DNA of 51,381 bases, from positions 1-51,381 of the IMG/VR virus record IMGVR_UViG_3300045988_079259; one strand, given 5' to 3'. Both the position numbers and the translations under genes were made by a program. The notes below the pieces were generated by a model. It was not told the origin of the DNA, did no database searches, and saw only the letters and a program-made list of their open reading frames with translations. Positions within the stretch are counted from its first letter, which is position 1. Each line of letters begins with the position of its first letter. The DNA is from a virus. Shown piece by piece: positions 1-8,006 of the stretch.

Positions 1-119
1 GCCCTTGCGCTTGTCCGCGTCATGATAGATTATCGCAAAGTCTTTGGCGCGGGTGTATGTGATGCCGTCCTTGTCGTAGCTGTCTTTGTACACTGTCGGT
101 TTTTTCGGCGCGGATTTGA
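1..119. repeat. 119-bp terminal direct repeat identical to 51263..51381 (circular-assembly overlap or terminal redundancy)
   Basis: The first 119 nt (gcccttgcgcttgtccgcgtcatgatag...ggcgcggatttga) recur base-for-base as the last 119 nt. Unique length is 51262 bp. Confidence 0.95.
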
Positions 120-549
120 TGTCGTATTGCCCCCACTCGTTAGGTATGCCGAGATAAGGAGTAGGGTCTACGGATTCACCGTTTTTGCGGACCTCAAAGT
201 GACAGTGCGAGCCGAAGGAGTAGCCGGTGTTGCCCTCGATTCCGACCACGTCCCCCGCCTTGACCTTTTGACCTACTTTGACTTTGCGGGAAGCCATGTG
301 ACACATAAAAATCTTAAGTCCGTCCGGCGTGTCGATGCGAATGTAGTTGCCCCACTGCCATGTGAGATTAGACTTGTCCGTGATGATTGTCGACGAGCCG
401 ATAACTCCGTCACAAGGCGCAACAAGCGTTTTGTCCGTGCCGCTGAGGTCTACGCCCTTGTGATAGTCTCGCTGTCCGTTGAGCGTGCGCCAGCCGAAGT
501 GTGATGTGAGTGTGACCTTGCCGCTCTTGTAAGGCAGATTCATTTTCAT
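1..549 (-). CDS. endolysin, N-terminal part: M23/LytM-type metallopeptidase domain (the gene wraps the circular junction and continues in 50657..51381)
   Basis: The minus frame is open from ATG 549 to the window edge: MKMNLPYKSGKVTLTSHFGWRTLNGQRDYHKGVDL...GNTGYSFGSHCHFEV. It carries the HxxxD and HxH zinc motifs of M23 peptidases. It is in frame with the 50657..51355 ORF through the 119-bp overlap and has an ATGA overlap with the upstream gene. Confidence 0.8.
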   Translation of the reverse strand, partial: MKMNLPYKSGKVTLTSHFGWRTLNGQRDYHKGVDLSGTDKTLVAPCDGVIGSSTIITDKSNLTWQWGNYIRIDTPDGLKIFMCHMASRKVKVGQKVKAGDVVGIEGNTGYSFGSHCHFEVRKNGESVDPTPYLGIPNEWGQYDIKSAPKKPTVYKDSYDKDGITYTRAKDFAIIYHDADKRKG

Positions 550-869
550 TTTGCGTTACCTCCGTCGTGCGGCGGTTCTGTCGGCAGTGCCATGACCTCA
601 TTGTAGAGCTGTGTTGCAACGTCGTTGCCGTGTAGCGCGTGATAAGCCGCATAGGCGCGTTTGAGTGCTTCTTTTGCATATATGGGGCAATATCCCCTGT
701 CGAGATACTTGTCGTGATTGCGGATTATCTCTGCGCGAAGAAGGCACTTTAATCCTTCCTCGAGCGCGCTGTCACGCCTTTTGCGCAGCTTGATGTATGT
801 AACAGCCCACGTTACCGCTCCGCCGCATACAAACGGCACCGCCCATTTTACAATTGTCTCTATTATCAT
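546..869 (-). CDS. small membrane protein upstream of the endolysin (putative holin / lysis accessory protein)
   Basis: 107 aa with an N-terminal hydrophobic helix (IVKWAVPFVCGGAVTWAVTYI) followed by a charged tail. The stop overlaps the endolysin ATG (ATGA). Confidence 0.55.
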   Translation of the reverse strand: MIIETIVKWAVPFVCGGAVTWAVTYIKLRKRRDSALEEGLKCLLRAEIIRNHDKYLDRGYCPIYAKEALKRAYAAYHALHGNDVATQLYNEVMALPTEPPHDGGNAK

Positions 870-1268
870 TCACACCTCCGCAAAGTACGTTGCGTCGTTA
901 AATCCTGTCGGTACGCCATCGGCAAGCGCAACGTATACCGTCGTGCCGTCCGTGTAGTGATACCCCATCTTTACCGTCTTGTCCGTGAGCCAGTACAGCG
1001 GATTATTCATCGTGCCGAGCGCGGTCGGGTCTTCAACGAGTTCCCACGCAAATCCGGCGCTTGACGTGTACATCGGTTGCCATTTGTAGCCGACTTTCGG
1101 CTCTACCGTCGGCGTGGGAGCCGTCGCTATCGTGTCGAGCAGCAGCTCAATTTTTCTTTCGTTGGTCAGTGGTTCCGGCGTTTTCTCCTGCTCCAAAGCT
1201 GCCGCCTGACACTCCGCTATTTCCTCCGCCGTCATTTCGCGGATTACTCCGTTTTCGCAAATTTTCAT
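870..1268 (-). CDS. hypothetical tail-fibre-associated protein
   Basis: 132-aa ORF. AAGGAAA RBS; its ATG directly follows the upstream stop. Lies in the distal tail/fibre block. Confidence 0.6.
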   Translation of the reverse strand: MKICENGVIREMTAEEIAECQAAALEQEKTPEPLTNERKIELLLDTIATAPTPTVEPKVGYKWQPMYTSSAGFAWELVEDPTALGTMNNPLYWLTDKTVKMGYHYTDGTTVYVALADGVPTGFNDATYFAEV

Positions 1269-2039
1269 TTAGGTTTCCTTTCTTTTCTTGCCCTGTACGA
1301 TTATCCAAGTTCCCGCGCCCCATGTATTGCCTGCGGTTTCTGCGTATAAATGTATGCTTGTTATGCCAGCCGGTTTTATCGTGTTTACAGATAGCGATTG
1401 AGCAAAATTTTTTTCACCCACCGTGAGAAATTGCGTTATGGCGTTGGCATAATTTTCGCCATATCCGTCATATTTCGATGGGGTTATAGCGTAATATCCA
1501 TACGGCATATTTTTGCAATGGAATGTATATTGGCATGTCTTTCCGGCTGCAAATAACAATCCCGATATTTTCTTTCTTTGTATCGCGGTGTTTTGATTAT
1601 TGAGATACAAAAATGCGTTTGACCGCGCAGTGTTTCCACTTCCTCCAACGGAATAAATAAACAGGACACATTCATCGAGATTAAGGTTGTTGCCGTTCAA
1701 ATCTTTGTCAATTGTAATAGCGGATGTATCTTCCGTGATTGCTACGTGCGCTACAACTTCATACTCATCTTTGTCCAAATCCGCCGCTTCCCACTCCGTC
1801 GGTTTGCCTGTGGTATCAACTGACTTAATTTTGATAATCTGCCCGACGGCTGCCGATGTTATACCGAGCGAGTTGTCTCCGCCTTGCGGTAGTTCCTGCG
1901 GGACTACAATTCCGTCTTCCCCAACGCCGAGGATTTTTCCCGCGTTGCCCGCGCCTTGATTTTTGTCGAGTTTTTTCTCACGAGCCGTGACATCAGCCAA
2001 AGTTTTCCCGTTTATTGATTTTATTTCTGTCTCTGCCAT
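1269..2039 (-). CDS. hypothetical tail fibre / receptor-binding-like protein
   Basis: 256-aa ORF with a GGAGG RBS. Gly-rich N-terminus (NQGAGNAGKILGVGEDG). Position is after the Tal-like protein. Confidence 0.6.
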   Translation of the reverse strand: MAETEIKSINGKTLADVTAREKKLDKNQGAGNAGKILGVGEDGIVVPQELPQGGDNSLGITSAAVGQIIKIKSVDTTGKPTEWEAADLDKDEYEVVAHVAITEDTSAITIDKDLNGNNLNLDECVLFIYSVGGSGNTARSNAFLYLNNQNTAIQRKKISGLLFAAGKTCQYTFHCKNMPYGYYAITPSKYDGYGENYANAITQFLTVGEKNFAQSLSVNTIKPAGITSIHLYAETAGNTWGAGTWIIVQGKKRKET

Positions 2040-2040
2040 T

Positions 2041-3171
2041 TTAACCTCCTATCTGTAAATTTCCCGTTTCTTCGTTGTAGGTGATGTTAACGCTTGTGCT
2101 CATTGCTTCCTCGGAATAGGTTAACGTTGCGGGCGTAGTGCTATTATCTATCGTCACCTTGCGGACTTTTTTACCGCTTATATCATCAAAGCATGCCACC
2201 ATCTTGCCGTCTTCAGCAGTCATATCAATGGTTGATATGCTATATTCTTTTCTATCTATGGCGTCATATAGTAAGACAACACCATTGTTAATAAGTGCTT
2301 CCATTGTGCCGGGGTAGGCAAAGACTGCCACACTTCCGTCACTATTTACAGATTTCGTAAATTTCTCATAATCAGCTTTCTCATAATATTCAATTCCCGC
2401 TATTGTCGGCACGCCATCGTTAGGAGTTAATACGATAACTATACCTGCATTTGGAGTATCAAATCTAAGACGTGTGTTTCCGTCTATGACTTCCGTCAGT
2501 AATAATGGTAAAAATGTTTTGGAACCCTTATAAAACTCCGTAAAAGCATACATAGCCGCTTTTGCATTAAGAGCCTCATATATTTCCGCGGCAGTTTTGT
2601 CGGCAGAATAGGTGGTTTGTCCGCTGCCGTCATTTGTTGCTGTAACTTTGATGTAAAAAACGGAAGAGCCGCCACCGCCCCCCTGCGCGGACAGCACGCC
2701 GTTTTCGTCCACCTCCAGCCCGTCTCCGAGCGTGGAGAACGGCTTGTTCTGCACCGCCTCCCATGTGGGGGATGTGATGCTCTCGAGCATTGCTATAATC
2801 TGCTCGTATACATCGGGCGACGGGTCTGGTATAGGCTGACCGAGATAGTCCGCGATACTGTCTTTGACCTTGAGACAGCACGGACGTGTGGTTTTGGGCA
2901 CACTCGGTTTTTCCGCAGAGCCTGCCTGTATCCCGACAAATATACGCCTGTGTTCTCCCGCCATCATAGGCACGCCGCATGAGTTTCCGCTCATCACAAC
3001 CGCCTCATAGCTTCCGTCCTCACAGACAAAGTACACAGTTTTGACCTTGTCCTGCCACTCTTCGTCAAACTCAAATTCCGCGACATAGTCCGAGTTGTGA
3101 GATATAACGTCCTCGCCGGCCGTGATTGTAGGCACTCTGTCACGCACCGTGATGTGTATTGTGGTTAGCAT
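2041..3171 (-). CDS. hypothetical baseplate/tail structural protein
   Basis: 376-aa ORF with a GGAGG RBS, tightly packed in the tail-tip block. Function is inferred from position only. Confidence 0.6.
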   Translation of the reverse strand: MLTTIHITVRDRVPTITAGEDVISHNSDYVAEFEFDEEWQDKVKTVYFVCEDGSYEAVVMSGNSCGVPMMAGEHRRIFVGIQAGSAEKPSVPKTTRPCCLKVKDSIADYLGQPIPDPSPDVYEQIIAMLESITSPTWEAVQNKPFSTLGDGLEVDENGVLSAQGGGGGSSVFYIKVTATNDGSGQTTYSADKTAAEIYEALNAKAAMYAFTEFYKGSKTFLPLLLTEVIDGNTRLRFDTPNAGIVIVLTPNDGVPTIAGIEYYEKADYEKFTKSVNSDGSVAVFAYPGTMEALINNGVVLLYDAIDRKEYSISTIDMTAEDGKMVACFDDISGKKVRKVTIDNSTTPATLTYSEEAMSTSVNITYNEETGNLQIGG

Positions 3172-3539
3172 TCATTTTCACCTCCTGTGAGCGTGATGAA
3201 TTTCCTAAGTGTGGTTAAGTCACTGTAGGATAGTTTGATATCCTCGTTTTCCGTTATTTCTATCGGCAGTTCGGTGTCTCCGAGGTCAACATCAAGGTTC
3301 ATAAGCTCATTGAATCTTTGGCTGAACTCAGCTTCCGTTTCCGCAATAGGTTCATATCTGCCGTTTTCGAGCCTGCAATACTCGCCGAGAATTCGCATTC
3401 GCTGAACGTCGTAGAACTTCATCTGCGCTTCTATCTTGTCGAGAAAGCCGAAGAGCCTATATAACGTTTTCAGCGACAGGTTCTGCGCACAGAGTTTTTT
3501 GAACGCTTCCTGCGCATAGATTAAATCTGACATTTTCAT
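3165..3539 (-). CDS. hypothetical protein (tail module)
   Basis: 124-aa ORF. AAAGGAGA RBS 9 nt upstream of the ATG. Confidence 0.6.
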   Translation of the reverse strand: MKMSDLIYAQEAFKKLCAQNLSLKTLYRLFGFLDKIEAQMKFYDVQRMRILGEYCRLENGRYEPIAETEAEFSQRFNELMNLDVDLGDTELPIEITENEDIKLSYSDLTTLRKFITLTGGENEC

Positions 3540-3554
3540 GTTATAGTATCTCCT

Positions 3555-6500
3555 TTAGGGTGCTGTTGTTTGAGATGAGTTGTCACCAAAGATTATTTTT
3601 TCGACATATAGCGTTTTGAAATAGTTTTGCACACCTCCTATATCCCAATATCCGTTACCTCCGGGGATTATTTTCCTGTTAGCTGTCTGCACCTGCAACT
3701 GATAGTTTGTAGACGAACTGTCTGGGTCTATAAAATAGATAAACGAACCATACAATTCAAGGAACGCCGCCATTCCCGATATTGGAGACTGTACACCGAC
3801 TTGAACAACGCCGTTTTGTGCGCTCATCTTTGATGTGACAATAGTGTAGTTCTCGTTTTCCGCAAAAAATACCTTGTTGACATAAAGGTTGTCTGTGGTG
3901 ACATTGCCGCCGTCTATTGTTGTTGCACCGCTTGTTGACAGGTCTGTAAACGTTACAAGTCCGTTGAAATTGATATCAGCCGATGAAATTTGAACATTTC
4001 CGCTTTTCAGAGATATTGTAGCCTTGCCGCGCGAAGTTTTCTGAACGAAACACTTTATCTTGAAGTAGTCGCCGTTCTTGTGTACGCTTGAATCTTTGAT
4101 GTACTTGAACGTAATGTAGTGATTTCCCGACGGCACTGTCATGGTCAAGTCAACGTAACTCGAACTTGATTCATTTTCGCCCGAGAACGCTTTCTTAACG
4201 CCCGTTGTGTCAGCGGTATTGCTCATTTCAAGCGCAGTGTCAAGACTAGAGACAATACCATAGTCGTGTTCGGCTTCTCCGTATGAGATGCAACGTATAG
4301 TGATAGTAGTTGACCGCGTAAAGTTAAACTTAAAACCGCCATACGAATAAGAACTATGCACACCTGCGTTTTGAGAAGTGTAATATCCGTCCGAAGTTTT
4401 TGTAAAGTCATATTCGTTGTCAGGAACTGCGGGAATACCATCAATATTTGGGTGCTGGTCATAAGTTCCGACTTCTTCCGCGGACGTGCTTCCCGCAGTT
4501 TCCGTAGCGGTAAGGTCAAGCGCGTTCGCCGAAAGACGTATAGATGAGCTGTCGGCATTTGCAAACAATGTCAGCAGAGCGCGGACGTTTGAACCGATTG
4601 TTCCCGAGCCGTAGGAAGCCGATAGGGATATTTTTGATTCAATGCCTTTCTCGGTTTTTTGTATAAGCTGTTCGATTGCCGTTGTTGTGGTTATCGTGCT
4701 TCCGCTTGACACCTCAACGAATTTGCCCTTGACAGCAGAGGTAATAGAGGCTTTGCCCTCCTGCGTGTTCAGATAACTCTCTACAGCTGTAGACAAATCC
4801 GTGTCGCGTAGCATTGACTTCTTGATTGCTTCAAGTTCACGCTGCTGTACCGGCTCAATCTCGCGTACCAGTCCGCCCGTTGATTCATACTCAACCTTGC
4901 CGAATCCGTTCCATTTGATTGTTTGGGAGAATATCGGGAGCGTTTTCACCTCGTCATAATCATTAACTACAGTGATAATGTCTCCGCATTTAATTTCGGG
5001 ATACCATTCGGCACGTACCGCAATAGGAGAATAAGCAGGGAAGAGTGAAGCCTTTGCAAAAATCGCGTTCACATAAGGTTGCTGCGTAGATATCTCCGTG
5101 TCGTTCTCGATGTACAGAAACGGATTGTCGCTGATAACATAAGTGTTTGTTCCCGTACCCGCAGTCACGAGCTGGTCTCCATAAGAAGTGTAACATTCGA
5201 GTTTGCCTATAACGGGAGTTTCAAATTCACTCTCGCTCATCTCAAATCGGTCTGTTTTGAGAATTTTGTAGGAGTTTGTTGTAAATGTGTTTAATTCAAC
5301 TTTGCCATCCGCATTTACTCTCGCATAACAGCCTGCCGCTTCCGCAATCCACGCAAGCACTTCACGCGCCGTGTAGTCCGAGGTTGAGAACGGATTGAAA
5401 GTAAAGTTTTTTGTAGAGTTTGTAAACGTTGTTGTTTCAAGTTCAACACCTACGGATGTACAAAGCGAAGAGAGAACCGCGCCGAGAGTTACGGGAAATG
5501 TCAAGTTTTCGATGAAATCCGAAGCAGAAACTTCAAACTTCTGCATACGGTCATAAGCGGTAAAGTCTATGAGCTTGCCGCGAACTTTGTCGGGTCTCTC
5601 GCCTTTGAAAACGCCGACCGTCACATACTGAAATGCCGCGCCGACCTTAACGCCTATTTGCAAAGTAAATTCCTGTGTAAAATCGAAGTTGTTAAACTTG
5701 TTGTCAACATTGAACAACGTCATTTCAACTTGTTTACAAACAGCTTTGCCAAAGGTATAGTCAGTGTCTCCGTTCAGAATGTCCGTAATCTTAACACCAT
5801 CACCCGTTATCGCAACGTCAGCTTTTCCGAGAACCGTGTTGTCGGCAAAAGTTATCTTGATATCCTGTTCGGTATGAGCGCGTATAGCTTCAAGTAAACT
5901 CGCGATAGGTTGAGCAACGCTAAACACGTCCGAAGTCTTGTAGTCCGAACTGTTGTTGTTTGAATCGTAAGCGCATACTCTATACTGCACTGTAAGCCAC
6001 GCAGAGCCCACTGTGTCGATGTAAGATGTGTTCTCACCTCGATACACCGTCATGTAGCTTGCGCCGTCCACAGAACGTTGTAGCGCATATCCCACCGCAT
6101 TTGAAACGCCCGCCCATGAGATTGTTGCCGATTCTCCCGCAGTGAGGGCAGGAACGGTTATAGTCTCGGGCATTGACGGGACAGTTGAAGTGCCGCCGAC
6201 AATCGTTCGTATGTCCGAACCCGCCCACGTTGCGGAATATACATCTCCGTCTATATAAGCCGCCACTCTGTACTGCACTTTAGTCCACGTAGACTGAGCC
6301 GTATCGGTATATGACAGGTTCGCGCCTTTGTAAACGGTAATATAGTCTCCATCATTTACTTTGCGCTGTAGTTCATATCCTTCCACCTCTGAAACCGAGG
6401 GGGCTGTCCACGTTACGGTATAAGTATCTCCGACGTTAATAGTGTCAGGAATTTCAGGATAGCCGGGTGGATTAGGTGCTGATATGGCGGTTATGTCATC

Positions 6501-7610
6501 GCTTGTGTTCCAATCGGACTGCGTTTTTCCCGATACCGCACATACGCGATAACCGTATACTGTGTAACGCGTTTGTATCTGGTCGTCAAAATAAGTGTTT
6601 GTGCCGCTGTATCTTTGAGAATAAGAACCGCCCGCGCTGGTTTTTCTCTGCAAGATGTACGAATCCGCACCGTCGACCGCCGACCACTTAATAAGAGCAC
6701 CTCTACCTTTAACTAACTTCGGTATAGTCAGTGTTGCGGGAGGTGTTAAAGCACTTGCAAACATGACCGTGTAACATCCGTCTGAATCCGTAGTGTCTGA
6801 AACGAGCAGGGAAGAGGAAAGATTCAAAGCGGGACGAACACCATAGTTACCACGGTAAACATTGTTGCCGCCCAAACTACCATCCAAGTTGACACCCCGA
6901 GCGATGTTGGCGAACGAGTGGTGAGGCGTTCTCAGCCACCAATACCAAGCGGTAGTCTTGCTCGAAGGTTTGGAACTCGAAGGGGTATTACTGAAACACT
7001 GCTGCGTAACATACCCGATACGAGCGGTATTGCTCGTGTAGTAACCCCACGCCGCACCTTCGGCGATACTGTTCTCATTCGAGAGACCGACTTCGGTTGT
7101 GGACGGCAGGAATACTTTGCGTACAACATCCTCATAAGAGCCACCGTCTATACTCGGCTTGACAACACGAATGGTTGTCGAGAGAATAGCGGCTTTTTCA
7201 TCATCGGTAAAACCGTTCAGAAAACCGGGGCGAGCTGCGTACTGAGTGCCGTAACCACCTGTACCTGCCGTAGTATCGGGGGAATGGTCTGCGCTATGAG
7301 CTGCGCTATACCATGCGCCACCTGCGGCATCTTTGTTGAGCCATTGGTCGAGGTTGGAGACGGAATAGCGGTTGTTACCGTATTTCTGCCTATCAGAATT
7401 GCTGTTACTCGGCTCTTCTGCGTCAAAGCACCTTAAATCAAGGATTTCTGCGGCGTGAAGAGTTACCGAGTTCGAAGGATAAGCGGGAGTGGAAACATGA
7501 TTTTTCGCAACAATAGTCCATATTATAGGCTGCGCTTCCTCTGTGTTCACTTGATACTTGCCGAACTTGACTTTTGAGCCTACGGCAAGATTGGATAAAG
7601 CCTGCGACAC
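3555..7610 (-). CDS. large tail-tip structural protein: N-terminal WWLRTP-motif domain, three FN3-like repeats, then a Tal / prophage-tail-like domain and a C-terminal fibre region
   Basis: The likely start is GTG 7610, preceded by GGGGGA directly after the Dit stop (the track start at 7676 overlaps Dit). Three ~90-aa repeats follow the pattern W..V.GA..Y.LQRK....Y...Y.G. The position after Dit is typical of Tal. Confidence 0.75.
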   Translation of the reverse strand: MSQALSNLAVGSKVKFGKYQVNTEEAQPIIWTIVAKNHVSTPAYPSNSVTLHAAEILDLRCFDAEEPSNSNSDRQKYGNNRYSVSNLDQWLNKDAAGGAWYSAAHSADHSPDTTAGTGGYGTQYAARPGFLNGFTDDEKAAILSTTIRVVKPSIDGGSYEDVVRKVFLPSTTEVGLSNENSIAEGAAWGYYTSNTARIGYVTQQCFSNTPSSSKPSSKTTAWYWWLRTPHHSFANIARGVNLDGSLGGNNVYRGNYGVRPALNLSSSLLVSDTTDSDGCYTVMFASALTPPATLTIPKLVKGRGALIKWSAVDGADSYILQRKTSAGGSYSQRYSGTNTYFDDQIQTRYTVYGYRVCAVSGKTQSDWNTSDDITAISAPNPPGYPEIPDTINVGDTYTVTWTAPSVSEVEGYELQRKVNDGDYITVYKGANLSYTDTAQSTWTKVQYRVAAYIDGDVYSATWAGSDIRTIVGGTSTVPSMPETITVPALTAGESATISWAGVSNAVGYALQRSVDGASYMTVYRGENTSYIDTVGSAWLTVQYRVCAYDSNNNSSDYKTSDVFSVAQPIASLLEAIRAHTEQDIKITFADNTVLGKADVAITGDGVKITDILNGDTDYTFGKAVCKQVEMTLFNVDNKFNNFDFTQEFTLQIGVKVGAAFQYVTVGVFKGERPDKVRGKLIDFTAYDRMQKFEVSASDFIENLTFPVTLGAVLSSLCTSVGVELETTTFTNSTKNFTFNPFSTSDYTAREVLAWIAEAAGCYARVNADGKVELNTFTTNSYKILKTDRFEMSESEFETPVIGKLECYTSYGDQLVTAGTGTNTYVISDNPFLYIENDTEISTQQPYVNAIFAKASLFPAYSPIAVRAEWYPEIKCGDIITVVNDYDEVKTLPIFSQTIKWNGFGKVEYESTGGLVREIEPVQQRELEAIKKSMLRDTDLSTAVESYLNTQEGKASITSAVKGKFVEVSSGSTITTTTAIEQLIQKTEKGIESKISLSASYGSGTIGSNVRALLTLFANADSSSIRLSANALDLTATETAGSTSAEEVGTYDQHPNIDGIPAVPDNEYDFTKTSDGYYTSQNAGVHSSYSYGGFKFNFTRSTTITIRCISYGEAEHDYGIVSSLDTALEMSNTADTTGVKKAFSGENESSSSYVDLTMTVPSGNHYITFKYIKDSSVHKNGDYFKIKCFVQKTSRGKATISLKSGNVQISSADINFNGLVTFTDLSTSGATTIDGGNVTTDNLYVNKVFFAENENYTIVTSKMSAQNGVVQVGVQSPISGMAAFLELYGSFIYFIDPDSSSTNYQLQVQTANRKIIPGGNGYWDIGGVQNYFKTLYVEKIIFGDNSSQTTAP

Positions 7611-7620
7611 GTTATCCCCC

Positions 7621-8004
7621 CTAAAATTCAATGATGTTGAACGACAAATCGAACCGCGCAACTTCTTCTTTGTCAATCCAGTAGTATTTTGTTGTTGCCG
7701 ACCTGTCGCCCGCGTAGTATGTGCCGGAGCGCGTCCCTCCTTTTTGATACGGGTCTGGGCAGACTGCCGTGAAACTGTCGGAATTGACGGCGTTGAGTAT
7801 TGAAGCCATTTCAGCCCATGTCAGGCAGTTCCACTTGAAACCGAAGTTTATCTTCTGCCCCACACGGTTTCTGTGCAAAACAGAAGTCGCGTCTCTCTCT
7901 GCACTTTCATCAACATCTGCTATTGAGGGATTCCATTCGGAAGGGTCGGGAATACTAACCCCCCCGAACTTTATTCCCATTGTGTAATTGAGTAATGATA
8001 TCAT
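7621..8004 (-). CDS. distal tail protein (Dit)-like
   Basis: 127-aa ORF between the tape measure and the Tal-like gene, with a GGTGG RBS. Call rests on synteny. Confidence 0.55.
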   Translation of the reverse strand: MISLLNYTMGIKFGGVSIPDPSEWNPSIADVDESAERDATSVLHRNRVGQKINFGFKWNCLTWAEMASILNAVNSDSFTAVCPDPYQKGGTRSGTYYAGDRSATTKYYWIDKEEVARFDLSFNIIEF

Positions 8005-8006
8005 GT

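Noticed and set aside
22-504. 160-aa plus-strand ORF at the window start
   Set aside because: It is a shadow ORF opposite the M23 peptidase part of the endolysin, which has clear catalytic motifs on the minus strand.
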